This document shows, in pieces, positions 16,544 through 25,429 of a DNA stretch of 64,000 nucleotides. Origin of the DNA: Lachnospiraceae bacterium (lineage in GTDB: Bacteria; Bacillota; Clostridia; Lachnospirales; Lachnospiraceae); NCBI GenBank assembly GCA_021770245.1, contig JAETRI010000008.1, positions 4,927 through 68,926 on the forward strand. The letters run 5' to 3'. Position numbers and translations under genes: made by a program. The notes beneath the pieces are model-generated. The model saw only the letters and a list, made by a program, of their open reading frames with translations. It had not been told where the DNA came from and did no database searches. The first letter of the stretch is position 1, and every line of letters begins with the position of its first letter.

Positions 16544-18214
16544 TCATCTGCGGATCTGATAGGCGATGTAGGCGTCGTCCTCAAAGACCACTTCCATATT
16601 CTTTTCGATCCATTCCCAGGGGAAATCTTCCGTATCCCTTTCATAGGGCCAGATGAGCCCGTTTCCCTCCGAGCCGGTCTGGATTTTGTCCATCAGCACA
16701 TAATCCGGCTGTTCGTCCGTCATCACGAGCGCCTTGCCGCGACATTTCTCCAGATGGAAATACAGGTTCAGGCGGGCATACACGTCCCCCACCAAAACGG
16801 TGTCCACCTTCGTCTCGTCCAGCTGCCGCAGGGCCGCGTAGATATGGTTGTCCCGGCTGTCATAGCCCATATGGTAGGAGGGCCTTATGAAGCAGACAAA
16901 AAGAAGGCAGAAAACGGCGGCCGCAGGAAGAATGCCTCCTGCCCTTCCCATCCTTTTCCCCTGCGGGAAACGGGGCGGAGAAAGCCAGCGCTTCCTTACC
17001 GTCCGGAAAATCCGGTATCCCGCCAAAGTAAACAGCATGGCGAGCACGCTTCCCATATAGGTGAATACGCGCAAGTAGGGAAATACGCACTGCAAGAACA
17101 GAAAAACGGGTACCATGACCGTTAGTATTACGCAGTACAGGGACGCAAAAAGCCGGGTGCGTTCCTTTTGACGGAAGGCACGGACGGATTGCACCAGCAT
17201 CACCGCCAGGGCGGCCGGAATGAGCACGGCCAATACCCCGGCCCCTCCGTGGTATACCTGATCCAGTACCTGCATCAGATAAGAGCCGATCCCGTCAAGG
17301 AATTGACCCCGATCCACGCTCTGGATGTTCGGGTCGGACAGCATCGCGCGCATCCCGCGCAGGAAGGCGGCAGCCGGGGCGCGCAGGATCATCTGCACAT
17401 GGCCCATCCCGTAATAGATGCTCCCCTCCTCCTTCACCAGAAAGTTGGAGCCTATGGCGAGCCAGATCACCGTATAGAGGCCGAAGGTTACGGCCGCAGC
17501 CCCGGCGGAGGCGGCAATCAGCCGGCCCAGCCGGCCGTAGTCCCGGCAGATCAGAAGAAAAAACCCGCCTGCCAGGCAGATTGGAACCACCCAATACAGA
17601 TTGCTCGGAATGGTATACAGCCCGCCCGTTAAGCAGGCCGCGAACCCGATATAATACCATACCCTGCTTTTCCTCAGGGAAACGGCTTCCTCCCCGGGCA
17701 CGCAGATTTCATACAGCAGGTTCACCGCCCCCAGCAGGAAAAATCCGGAGAGCGCATAACCCCGTCCCTGGACCGCCTGCTGGGTTACATGATACATCCC
17801 GGCAAAAAGCCCGGTCCCCAGGAAGGCCCAGAAAGGCTCCACCGCCTTCTTTAAGATGCGGTATAACAGGAGCAGGCTGCCGAGAGAGGCCGCAAAGGAT
17901 ACGCCCCTCAGCCCCAGCCACGGACTGCCCAGCTTGTTCACCGCAGCGGACAGGGCGGAGAAGAACACATGGTTATTGGGGAGGGGCCAGTGGATCATGG
18001 AATAGACCACCCCTCTGTCGATGAACATCTCATAGGTATATAATTCGTCATACCAGGGCGGCATGGCAAAAAGCCGCCACAGATAATAGCATGCCAGGCA
18101 TAAAAACAGGACGGAAAACGGCACATTGCCTTTCACCCATGCAATTCCCTTTTCAAACCGGAGCATCTTTCTTTTTTGGGGAACCGCCTGCTCCCCTGCC
18201 GCCCTTTCCGTCAT
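16544..18214 (-). CDS. polytopic membrane protein, GT-C fold (family 39 / ArnT-PMT-like) glycosyltransferase candidate
   Basis: About 12 predicted TM segments, a first-loop acidic motif (PPWYDELYTY), and a soluble C-terminal domain. The ORF-track N-terminus (to 18355) overlaps the ABC gene in another frame, so it is trimmed to ATG 18214 (MTERAAGEQ). Function assigned by architecture only. Confidence 0.45.
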   Translation of the reverse strand: MTERAAGEQAVPQKRKMLRFEKGIAWVKGNVPFSVLFLCLACYYLWRLFAMPPWYDELYTYEMFIDRGVVYSMIHWPLPNNHVFFSALSAAVNKLGSPWLGLRGVSFAASLGSLLLLYRILKKAVEPFWAFLGTGLFAGMYHVTQQAVQGRGYALSGFFLLGAVNLLYEICVPGEEAVSLRKSRVWYYIGFAACLTGGLYTIPSNLYWVVPICLAGGFFLLICRDYGRLGRLIAASAGAAAVTFGLYTVIWLAIGSNFLVKEEGSIYYGMGHVQMILRAPAAAFLRGMRAMLSDPNIQSVDRGQFLDGIGSYLMQVLDQVYHGGAGVLAVLIPAALAVMLVQSVRAFRQKERTRLFASLYCVILTVMVPVFLFLQCVFPYLRVFTYMGSVLAMLFTLAGYRIFRTVRKRWLSPPRFPQGKRMGRAGGILPAAAVFCLLFVCFIRPSYHMGYDSRDNHIYAALRQLDETKVDTVLVGDVYARLNLYFHLEKCRGKALVMTDEQPDYVLMDKIQTGSEGNGLIWPYERDTEDFPWEWIEKNMEVVFEDDAYIAYQIRR

Positions 18215-18233
18215 TTTCCCGTCCTCTTTTTCG

Positions 18234-20120
18234 TTAATCCAGTTCGCTCTTTCCGGTATACAGTTCATAATACCGCCCCTGCAGGGCCAGCAGCTCTTCG
18301 TGGGTCCCCCGTTCCATGATCTCCCCGTGCTCCAGCACCATGATGGCGTTGGCATTGCGCACCGTGGAAAGCCGATGGGCGATCACCAGCGTGGTACGGT
18401 CCGCCATCAGGCGGTCCATCCCATGTTCGATGTGTTTTTCCGTCCTGGTGTCCACGGAGCTGGTCGCTTCGTCCAGGATCAGGATGGGCGCCTTGGAAAT
18501 GGCGGCCCTCGCGATGTTCAGAAGCTGTCTCTGGCCCTGGCTCAAATTTGCCCCGTCGCCTTCTATCAGGGTATCGTACCCCTTTTCCAGACGCATAATG
18601 AAGGAATGGGCGCTGGCCGTCCTGGCGGCCTGCTCCACCTCCTCGTCGGTGGCGTCCAGCCGGCCGTATCGGATATTTTCCCTTATGGTCCCGGTGAAAA
18701 GATGGGTATCCTGGAGCACCATTGCGATATTCCGGCGCAGATCGTCCCTTGCGATCTCCCGTACGTCCACCCCGTCTATGGTGATCTTTCCTTCGTCAAT
18801 GTCGTAGAACCGGTTGATCAGATTGGTGATCGTCGTTTTGCCCGCCCCGGTGGAGCCTACAAAAGCGATCTTCTGTCCCGGCTTTGCATACAGGGAGATG
18901 TGCTTCAATATGGTCTTATCCGGCTCGTAACCGAAGGTCACATCCTCCAGCTTCACATACCCCTTCGGATTCGCAAGGCGCACCGCCGTACCGGCATCCT
19001 CCTGTTCCGGCGCTTCGTCCATGACCGCAAAGACGCGTTCCGCACCCGCCAGGGCGGAAAAGATGGTATTCATCTGCATGGACAGTTCGTTAATGGGTCT
19101 GGAGAACTGTCTGGAGTAGTTCACGAATACGGTGAGCCCTCCGATATCAAAGCCGCGCAGCACGCATAACAGGCCGCCGATACAGGCGGTAAGGGAATAA
19201 CTCACCTGCCCCAGGTTCCCCATCACAGGCCCCATAATGCCTCCGAAGAACTGGGCCTTGATCTGTTTATCCCGCAGGTCGTAATTCAGGAATTCGAACT
19301 CTTCTTCCGCCACCTGCTCATGGCAGAATACTTTTACCACCTTCTGCCCGGTCACGGTTTCCTCTATATATCCGTTCAGCGCCCCCAGGGCCGCCTGCTG
19401 GGCTTTATAATATTTCCGGCTGCGCAGAGAGACGAAACGGGCCGCCTGCATCATCAGCGGAATGGCCACCACCGTGACCAGCGTCAGCCATACGTTGGTA
19501 TAGACCATAAGGCAGAAGGTCCCGGCCACGTTGATGATGCTGGAAATGATCTGCACCACCGTATTGTTCAGCATCTCCCCCACCGCGTCCACGTCGTTGG
19601 TAAAACGGCTCATGATATCCCCGTGGTTATTGGTATCGTAAAAACGCACCGGAAGCTTCTGAATTTTTCCGAACAGTTCGTTCCTGATCCTGAAAATCGC
19701 CCCCTGGGAAATGCCGATCATAATGCGGGACTGCAGGTACTGGGCCACGATCCCCACCGCGTAGATACCGGCCATGAGGAAAATAGAAGAAAGCAGCTTA
19801 TCCACACTTCCCTCCGACGACGTTAAGCTGTTGATGATGGGCCGAAGCATATAGGAGCCCGCCAATGTGGCCGCGGTATTGGCAATCACACAGACGAAAA
19901 CGATGATCAGCTTGGTGGTATCCTGTTGGATATAGGATAAGAGCCTTTTAATGGTTTTGCCCGCATTCCCGGGTTTCCCGCCCATCTGGCCCCTTCCTCT
20001 TCCCGGGCCGCGGCCTCCCGGTCCGGGGCCCGGTCCGTGTCCCGGACCGTCCTGAGCCTGGGCCGCCTGGGCTGCATGGGCATACTTGCGCAGCAGGGCT
20101 TCTTTTCTCGTCTCGTTCAT
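18234..20120 (-). CDS. ABC exporter, fused permease/ATPase (heterodimer partner B)
   Basis: Six-TM domain plus Walker A GSTGAGKTT, signature LSQGQRQ, Walker B ILILDEATS. Gly/Pro/Arg-rich N-terminal tail. The start overlaps the upstream stop (ATGA). Confidence 0.9.
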   Translation of the reverse strand: MNETRKEALLRKYAHAAQAAQAQDGPGHGPGPGPGGRGPGRGRGQMGGKPGNAGKTIKRLLSYIQQDTTKLIIVFVCVIANTAATLAGSYMLRPIINSLTSSEGSVDKLLSSIFLMAGIYAVGIVAQYLQSRIMIGISQGAIFRIRNELFGKIQKLPVRFYDTNNHGDIMSRFTNDVDAVGEMLNNTVVQIISSIINVAGTFCLMVYTNVWLTLVTVVAIPLMMQAARFVSLRSRKYYKAQQAALGALNGYIEETVTGQKVVKVFCHEQVAEEEFEFLNYDLRDKQIKAQFFGGIMGPVMGNLGQVSYSLTACIGGLLCVLRGFDIGGLTVFVNYSRQFSRPINELSMQMNTIFSALAGAERVFAVMDEAPEQEDAGTAVRLANPKGYVKLEDVTFGYEPDKTILKHISLYAKPGQKIAFVGSTGAGKTTITNLINRFYDIDEGKITIDGVDVREIARDDLRRNIAMVLQDTHLFTGTIRENIRYGRLDATDEEVEQAARTASAHSFIMRLEKGYDTLIEGDGANLSQGQRQLLNIARAAISKAPILILDEATSSVDTRTEKHIEHGMDRLMADRTTLVIAHRLSTVRNANAIMVLEHGEIMERGTHEELLALQGRYYELYTGKSELD

Positions 20121-21853
20121 GATGCGCTCACCTCCCTGTCCATCTGCGAATAATAGATTTCCTGATAGGCCTCGCAGGATGCCAGCAGGTCTTCGTGCCT
20201 GCCCGATCCCACGATCCTTCCCTCATCCATTACCACGATCCGGTCCGCGTCCATCACGGAACTGATGCGCTGTGCGATGATCAGCTTCGTGGTGTCCTTC
20301 AGCGTTTCGGCAAAGCTTTCTCTGATCCGCGCCTCCGTAGCCGTATCCACCGCGCTGGTGCTGTCGTCTAAGATCAATATTTTGGGCCGCTTCAACAGAG
20401 CCCGGGCAATACACAGCCGCTGCTTCTGTCCGCCGGAAACGTTCACGCCGCCCTGTCCCAGGAAGGTATCATATCCCTCCGGGAAGGTCTGCAGAAAAGC
20501 ATCCGCCTGGGCTGCCTTGGATGCGGCCAGCATCTCTTCCTTCGCCGCATCCTCGTCTCCCCACATCAGATTCTCTTCTATGGTTCCGGAAAAAAGTACG
20601 TTTTTCTGCAGCACCATTCCCACGCCGTTCCTGAGATGATGCAGGGAATAATCCCGCACATCCACGCCGTCCACCAGAATCTGTCCCTCGTCCACGTCGT
20701 ACAGCCTGGGAATCATGGAAACCAGGGTCGTTTTCCCGCAGCCGGTGGAACCGATGATACCCACGGTCTGGCCGGGTTCGATGGCCAGGTCGATCCCGTC
20801 GAGCACCTTTTCCCGGCTTTCTTTGTAATAGCGGAAGGACACGTTCCGAAACTCGATCCGGCCCTGCTCCACCTTTTTCTCCTTCTGCCGCGCTGTTTCG
20901 TCGGTCAGATCGACCTGCGTATCCAACACCTCGTTAATCCGTTTCGCGCTGGCGATGGCTCTCGAACTCATCAGGAATACCATGGCCAGCATCATCAGGG
21001 ACATGAGCACCTGCACGATGTAGGTAGTGAACGCCGTCAGGTTGCCCACCGGCATATCTCCCGCCAGAACTTCCTTCCCGCCCATCCATACCACGGCCAG
21101 GGTGGTCACGTTCATGAAAAGCATCATCAGAGGCATCTGGAAGATCACGATCCGGAATGCCCGCAGGCTGGAATCCTTCAAATCTTCGTTGGATTTGGCA
21201 AAACGCTCCTCCTCGTAATCCCCGCGCACAAAGGATTTAATCACCCGCACGTTCTGCAGCGTTTCCTGGATGTTGGAGTTCACCCGGTCCAGCTTCTTCT
21301 GCATCACGTTAAACCGGGGAAAGGCGATCCGCATGATCAGTCCGATAGTCAGAAGCATCACCGGCATGATCACCAGGAACACCCTGGCCAGCTCCGGGCT
21401 CATGGAAACCGCCATAATGATAGCCCCGATCAGCATGCCCGGAGCGCGCAGCATCATCCGCAGGGCCATCATGATCAGATTCTGTACCTGGGTGATGTCA
21501 TTGGTGAGCCTGGTCACCAGGGAGCCCGTGGAAAAGCTGTCGATATTATGAAAAGAAAACTGCTGCACCTTATGAAAACAGTCCTTTCGCAGATCCGCTC
21601 CGAAGCTGATGGCTGCCTTGGAGGCGAACCATGCCCCTCCGATCCCTCCTCCCATCATCACAAATGCCGTGAGAATCATAATAATCCCCATTTCAATGAT
21701 GTAAGGTACGTTATGCTGTGCGGCTCCCACATTGATAATCTGCGCCATAAAGGCCGGGAGCAGCACCTCGCCCACCACCTCGGTGATCATCAGAAGCGGC
21801 CCTAATATAAACGCATATAAATAAGGCTTGATGTATTTCCAGTATCGCTTCAA
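20117..21853 (-). CDS. ABC exporter, fused permease/ATPase (heterodimer partner A)
   Basis: GSTGCGKTT, VSGGQKQR, ILILDDSTSAVD. TTG start overlapping the MarR stop. Confidence 0.9.
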   Translation of the reverse strand: MKRYWKYIKPYLYAFILGPLLMITEVVGEVLLPAFMAQIINVGAAQHNVPYIIEMGIIMILTAFVMMGGGIGGAWFASKAAISFGADLRKDCFHKVQQFSFHNIDSFSTGSLVTRLTNDITQVQNLIMMALRMMLRAPGMLIGAIIMAVSMSPELARVFLVIMPVMLLTIGLIMRIAFPRFNVMQKKLDRVNSNIQETLQNVRVIKSFVRGDYEEERFAKSNEDLKDSSLRAFRIVIFQMPLMMLFMNVTTLAVVWMGGKEVLAGDMPVGNLTAFTTYIVQVLMSLMMLAMVFLMSSRAIASAKRINEVLDTQVDLTDETARQKEKKVEQGRIEFRNVSFRYYKESREKVLDGIDLAIEPGQTVGIIGSTGCGKTTLVSMIPRLYDVDEGQILVDGVDVRDYSLHHLRNGVGMVLQKNVLFSGTIEENLMWGDEDAAKEEMLAASKAAQADAFLQTFPEGYDTFLGQGGVNVSGGQKQRLCIARALLKRPKILILDDSTSAVDTATEARIRESFAETLKDTTKLIIAQRISSVMDADRIVVMDEGRIVGSGRHEDLLASCEAYQEIYYSQMDREVSAS

Positions 21854-22323
21854 TTCCTGCCTTCCTCCTTATCCAATCTGCTGTTTTCCTTTTCCATGTT
21901 CCGATAGGCCCGCTCCATATACTGCCAAAACCGCGCCACCTCCTCATCGGTAAAGCCTGCAAAGAAGCATCTGTCCACCTCCTGGAAAAGACGGATGCTT
22001 TCCCGTATCACATCCTTCCCCTTCTCCGTAATGTTCACCTGGTTGATCCTGTTATCCGAATGGGCGGCCTCTCTGGTAATATATCCTCCTTTTTCCAGCT
22101 TTTTCAGGGTAACGGCGACCGCCGCCGCGGATACGTCGAATTTCTCCGCCAGCTCCACCTGGGAACAGCTGGGCCGGTGGTCCAGGATCATCAGCAGCCG
22201 GTGCTGCGAGGGGTAGACACCCGTATTGCATACCATCCTGTCTATATAACGGCGAAGCATGGCGTCCACCCTGCGGAACATGCCGGCCGCCTGACGGGTC
22301 AGTTCGCTCCTTTCGATCTCCAT
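21850..22323 (-). CDS. MarR family transcriptional regulator
   Basis: 157 aa with a winged HTH (PSQHRLLMILDHRPSCSQVELAEKFDVSAAAVAVTLKKLEKGGYITR...DNRINQV). First gene of the ABC operon. Confidence 0.85.
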   Translation of the reverse strand: MEIERSELTRQAAGMFRRVDAMLRRYIDRMVCNTGVYPSQHRLLMILDHRPSCSQVELAEKFDVSAAAVAVTLKKLEKGGYITREAAHSDNRINQVNITEKGKDVIRESIRLFQEVDRCFFAGFTDEEVARFWQYMERAYRNMEKENSRLDKEEGRN

Positions 22324-22412
22324 CCCGTTTTCGTCTCCTTTCTTAATCTCCCACCGGGCGGATGAGGGACGGGCCTATGGAAGTTAATTAGTTAATCGTT
22401 ATCTGGTTAATT

Positions 22413-22441
22413 ATTGTAGCAATGTCTCTTTTCTCTGTCAA
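22413..22441 (-). promoter_or_regulatory. sigma-A promoter of the marR-ABC operon
   Basis: Minus strand reads TTGACA-17 nt-TACAAT. Just downstream there are three GTTAAT(T/C) repeats (22383, 22391, 22406), a plausible MarR operator. Confidence 0.6.
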
Positions 22442-22454
22442 GGAGAAATTTGGC

Positions 22455-22525
22455 AGATGTATGCCAGAAATCACGAATGCGATTTCGCATCGCGATTCAG
22501 CTTTGTGCCGCTGCGGCACAAAGCG
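22455..22525. repeat. partial copy of the family A element
   Basis: cacgaatgcgatttcgcatcgcgattcagctttgtgccgctgcggcacaaagcg parallels gcggatacgatttcgcgtctgtgatccc...gccgcctgcggcacaaatgcc of 43276-43330. Confidence 0.45.
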
Positions 22526-22759
22526 TTCTTTTCCTATTTCATTTTATATCCGCTTTTTTCTATTATATCGCCTCCCTTTTCTAATAGCAAATGCTTTTCT
22601 GTTTTGGGTATGGCCAAATTCCTCCTGAAATAGCCTGGAAAAGCCCATAAAATCAATGATTGTACGGCTCAATAAGGCGCTTACTCCACCACTACTACAC
22701 CATTTTTTGAAAGAGCCTTGAAATGACAACAATAGAAACCGAAGGTCATTTTATCAATC

Positions 22760-22795
22760 TTTACTTTCTCGCTTAAATTGAGTATAATTTAAGCG
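22760..22795 (+). promoter_or_regulatory. abiE promoter with a perfect 10-bp inverted repeat bracketing the -10 (candidate AbiEi operator)
   Basis: TTTACT-17 nt-TATAAT (22783-22788). cgcttaaatt (22770-22779) and aatttaagcg (22786-22795) are exact inverted repeats. Confidence 0.5.
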
Positions 22796-22817
22796 AAAAA
22801 GTAAAGAGGTGAATTCC

Positions 22818-23411
22818 ATGGGTAAATATGATATTCTGCAACAACTGATAGAGAGAAACAATGGTTATCTTTTATCGGCCATGGTAAATGAGAACAATAT
22901 ATCTAAGGCAGTACTGTCAAAATATATCAAAGAAAAAGGGTTGGAAAGGATTGCAAGGGGTATTTACATTACGGATGATGTGTGGCCGGACGAACTGTAT
23001 ATCATGCAAATGCGAAACAAAGCAGTTATTTTCTCAGGTGAAACAGCACTGTACCTTCATGGCTTAATAGACAGGGAATACTCTGAGATTTGTATTTCCG
23101 TGCCGACAGGCTACAACGCTTCACATTTAAAAACCGAAAATGTGAGGGTAAAATATGCCTCAAAAAGCAGTTATGGACTTGGAGTATGTACTGTGCCTTC
23201 AACGAGCGGAAATATGGTTAAAGTTTATGACAGAGAACGATGTATCTGTGATTTAATTTCAGACAGGAAAAAAATAGAAGTACAGAATTTTCAAACTGCC
23301 ATAAAAGAGTATATGTCAGGCAAAGGTAAAAAATTATCCAGACTAGTCGAATATGCGGAGAAGCTTGGGACGAGAGATGAAGTCATGAAATATGTGGAGG
23401 TATTTGGATGA
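22818..23411 (+). CDS. abiEi: type IV toxin-antitoxin system AbiEi family antitoxin
   Basis: ILQQLIERNNGYLLSAMVNENNISKAVLSKYIKEKGLERIARGIYI... is an AbiEi_4-like wHTH N-terminus. ATG 22818 lies 8 nt after aaagagg (the ORF track uses GTG 22809). Stop/start ATGA overlap with the next gene. Confidence 0.8.
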   Translation: MGKYDILQQLIERNNGYLLSAMVNENNISKAVLSKYIKEKGLERIARGIYITDDVWPDELYIMQMRNKAVIFSGETALYLHGLIDREYSEICISVPTGYNASHLKTENVRVKYASKSSYGLGVCTVPSTSGNMVKVYDRERCICDLISDRKKIEVQNFQTAIKEYMSGKGKKLSRLVEYAEKLGTRDEVMKYVEVFG

Positions 23412-24259
23412 TTCATACTTCAAAACAACTGAAGGATAAGGTGAGGAATATCTCAAAAGGGGACAACAATATTGCAAAGGTATTGATCAGGAATTTTATT
23501 ATGGAGCGTTTTTGGGAAAGAGTATCTGTGTCTGATTACCGCAATCATTTTGTTCTGAAAGGCGGCATGTTGGTCGCCTCCCTTATAGGTATTGATATAA
23601 GGGCAACCATGGATATTGACACAACAGTGAAATCACTTCCAGTGAATGCGGACGATGCACAGAGAATCGTTTCTGAGATATGTGCTATCCCGTTGGAGGA
23701 TAATGTTGCCTTTCGGATTACTTCTGTGTCAGATATTATGACCGATTTCGAATATCCCGGTGTTAGAATGATGCTTGAAGCTGTATTGGAGCGAATAAGG
23801 CAGCTTATCAAGATTGATATTTCGACAGATGATGCGATTACACCATCTGCAATGGAATATGAATATAAATTGATGTTTGAAGACAGAACAATTCCGCTTC
23901 TTACATATAATGTTGAAACATTGCTTGCGGAGAAGATACAGACAATTTTAGCAAGGGGAATTGCCAACACCAGACTGAGGGATTATTATGATGTATATGA
24001 AGTTATGAAAATATGTGCAGCCAGGGTAGATAAAAATATCCTGTTACAGGCATTTTGCGCCACCTGTAAAAAGAGGGAAACGCTGTTCTCAAAAGAGGAA
24101 ATGTCAGAAACTCTTGCATTGATAGAAAAAGACGCAGGGATGGCGGGAATGTGGGAGCAGTTCAGGAAAAGGAATTATTTTGTGGGCAATTTGGAATGGA
24201 AAGAGGTCTTAAATGGTGTTTTGGATGTGATTTATATAAATCACCTTTGGGGAAAGTAG
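23408..24259 (+). CDS. abiEii: nucleotidyltransferase AbiEii/AbiGii family toxin (DUF1814)
   Basis: FIMERFWERVSVSDYRNHFVLKGGMLVASLIGIDIRATMDIDTT... is the typical DUF1814 N-terminal NTase motif (KGG..., DIDxT). 283 aa, paired with AbiEi. Confidence 0.85.
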   Translation: MIHTSKQLKDKVRNISKGDNNIAKVLIRNFIMERFWERVSVSDYRNHFVLKGGMLVASLIGIDIRATMDIDTTVKSLPVNADDAQRIVSEICAIPLEDNVAFRITSVSDIMTDFEYPGVRMMLEAVLERIRQLIKIDISTDDAITPSAMEYEYKLMFEDRTIPLLTYNVETLLAEKIQTILARGIANTRLRDYYDVYEVMKICAARVDKNILLQAFCATCKKRETLFSKEEMSETLALIEKDAGMAGMWEQFRKRNYFVGNLEWKEVLNGVLDVIYINHLWGK

Positions 24260-25228
24260 CGTCTCCTCCAGGATCTTAACAGCGATTTCCCGCGCCTTGG
24301 AACTGGTCACCTCCGCATCCGCCGTCTCATCCAAATGCACACAGAAGTAAACCCTTCTGCCGGCGCACTCCGCGAAACCGGTATACCATGCATCGACAGT
24401 GATGCCTGCCGCTTTTCCCATCCCGGTTTTTCCATAAATCAGAATCCCCGTTTCCTCAGATTCCGGCAGCAGCATAACCTGCATCAGCCGGCCTATCGTC
24501 TCCCGGGAATATCCGGAGCCGCTTTCGAAAATGCGTTCCATTACCTCTGTCTGTTCCTTCGGCGAAATTTTCAGCGACGATTCGATCCAAAACCCGGTAA
24601 GGGCCGGATTCCGGTTATTGGTATTCAACCGTCCCTCCCAGTCGGAAATATCCCGGTTTCCGTATTGAAGCTTATCCAGTCCGTCCTGCATCCTCTCCCT
24701 TCCGATTTCGTCGATCACCTGCCGGAAATACCAGACGCAGGAGGTACCAAACGCTTCGTCAAAGCCGATATCCCTGTTCCAGTCCTCGTTCCAAAATATT
24801 TCCCCGCTCCATGTCCGGACGGACCGGTCCGGATCCACGACGCCGCTTTCCAGCGCGAGCAGGGAGGAAATAATTTTAAAGGTGGAGCAGGGGGAGCGAC
24901 GTGTCATGGCCGCCTCCTGGTTGTAGATCCTATAGCGGTTTTCGGCCGGTTCATAGACGACGGCCGAACCGTTGATTCCGCCAAAGAAATCCTCCCAATC
25001 CGTCTGCTGCAGCAAAGGGGGCTTCGCATTCCCTTCCTCTTCCGGTTTTGCCGGCGATGCGGTTTCCTCCTCCGGCGCGGCCTCCATCTCCGCCGGTTCC
25101 TCCTCCGGCGCGGCCTCTATCCCCGCCTGAGACCGTTCCTCCGCCTGCCCGGCGCAGCCCGCAGGCATCAAAAGAAGGGCCGACAGCGCCAGATACCCGA
25201 TTCGGTTGATCCAATTGTGTTTTCCCAT
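24209..25228 (-). CDS. class D (OXA-like) beta-lactamase / BlaR-sensor-fold lipoprotein
   Basis: Lipobox LLMPAGCAG, Pro/Glu-rich linker, then STFK, YGN (LQYGNRDIS), KTG (YGKTGMG) and WYTGF motifs. Trimmed to ATG 25228 behind gcgaggg. The last 17 codons read into the AT-rich abiE island. Confidence 0.75.
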   Translation of the reverse strand: MGKHNWINRIGYLALSALLLMPAGCAGQAEERSQAGIEAAPEEEPAEMEAAPEEETASPAKPEEEGNAKPPLLQQTDWEDFFGGINGSAVVYEPAENRYRIYNQEAAMTRRSPCSTFKIISSLLALESGVVDPDRSVRTWSGEIFWNEDWNRDIGFDEAFGTSCVWYFRQVIDEIGRERMQDGLDKLQYGNRDISDWEGRLNTNNRNPALTGFWIESSLKISPKEQTEVMERIFESGSGYSRETIGRLMQVMLLPESEETGILIYGKTGMGKAAGITVDAWYTGFAECAGRRVYFCVHLDETADAEVTSSKAREIAVKILEETLLSPKVIYINHIQNTI

Positions 25229-25293
25229 ATTCCCTCGCATTCTGCCTTAATGGCCGGTCTATTTTTTTGATTTTATCACAACTCCCTTTTGCG

Positions 25294-25322
25294 TTCAACT
25301 GGTATGGTTAAAATTTTATAAA
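25294..25322 (+). promoter_or_regulatory. candidate promoter of the ECF S-component gene
   Basis: TTCAAC-17 nt-TATAAA. A second TATAAT box is at about 25351. Weak evidence. Confidence 0.3.
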
Positions 25323-25429
25323 ATGGCCCTTTCAATCATGCCACTCATGCATATAATAGAATACAGGCATGCCAAATCATAGTTGTGTGAAACTCCGGTA
25401 TTCGGCCGGAAAAGATGGGAGAGAGACTT

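Noticed and set aside
18234-18355. ORF-track N-terminal extension of the GT-C-like gene (to 18355), and similar upstream extensions of carB, purL, MATE, potA, potB, potD, SBP, AraC and lactonase ORFs.
   Set aside because: The extensions overlap the preceding gene or intergenic repeats and lack an SD. Internal ATGs with a GGAGG-type SD at 5-9 nt, and matching family N-termini or lipoboxes, were preferred.
22544-22732. 62-aa minus-strand ORF at the left edge of the abiE island.
   Set aside because: It has no RBS and a basic low-complexity C-terminus, and it overlaps the abiE promoter-proximal AT-rich region. Evidence for a gene is insufficient.
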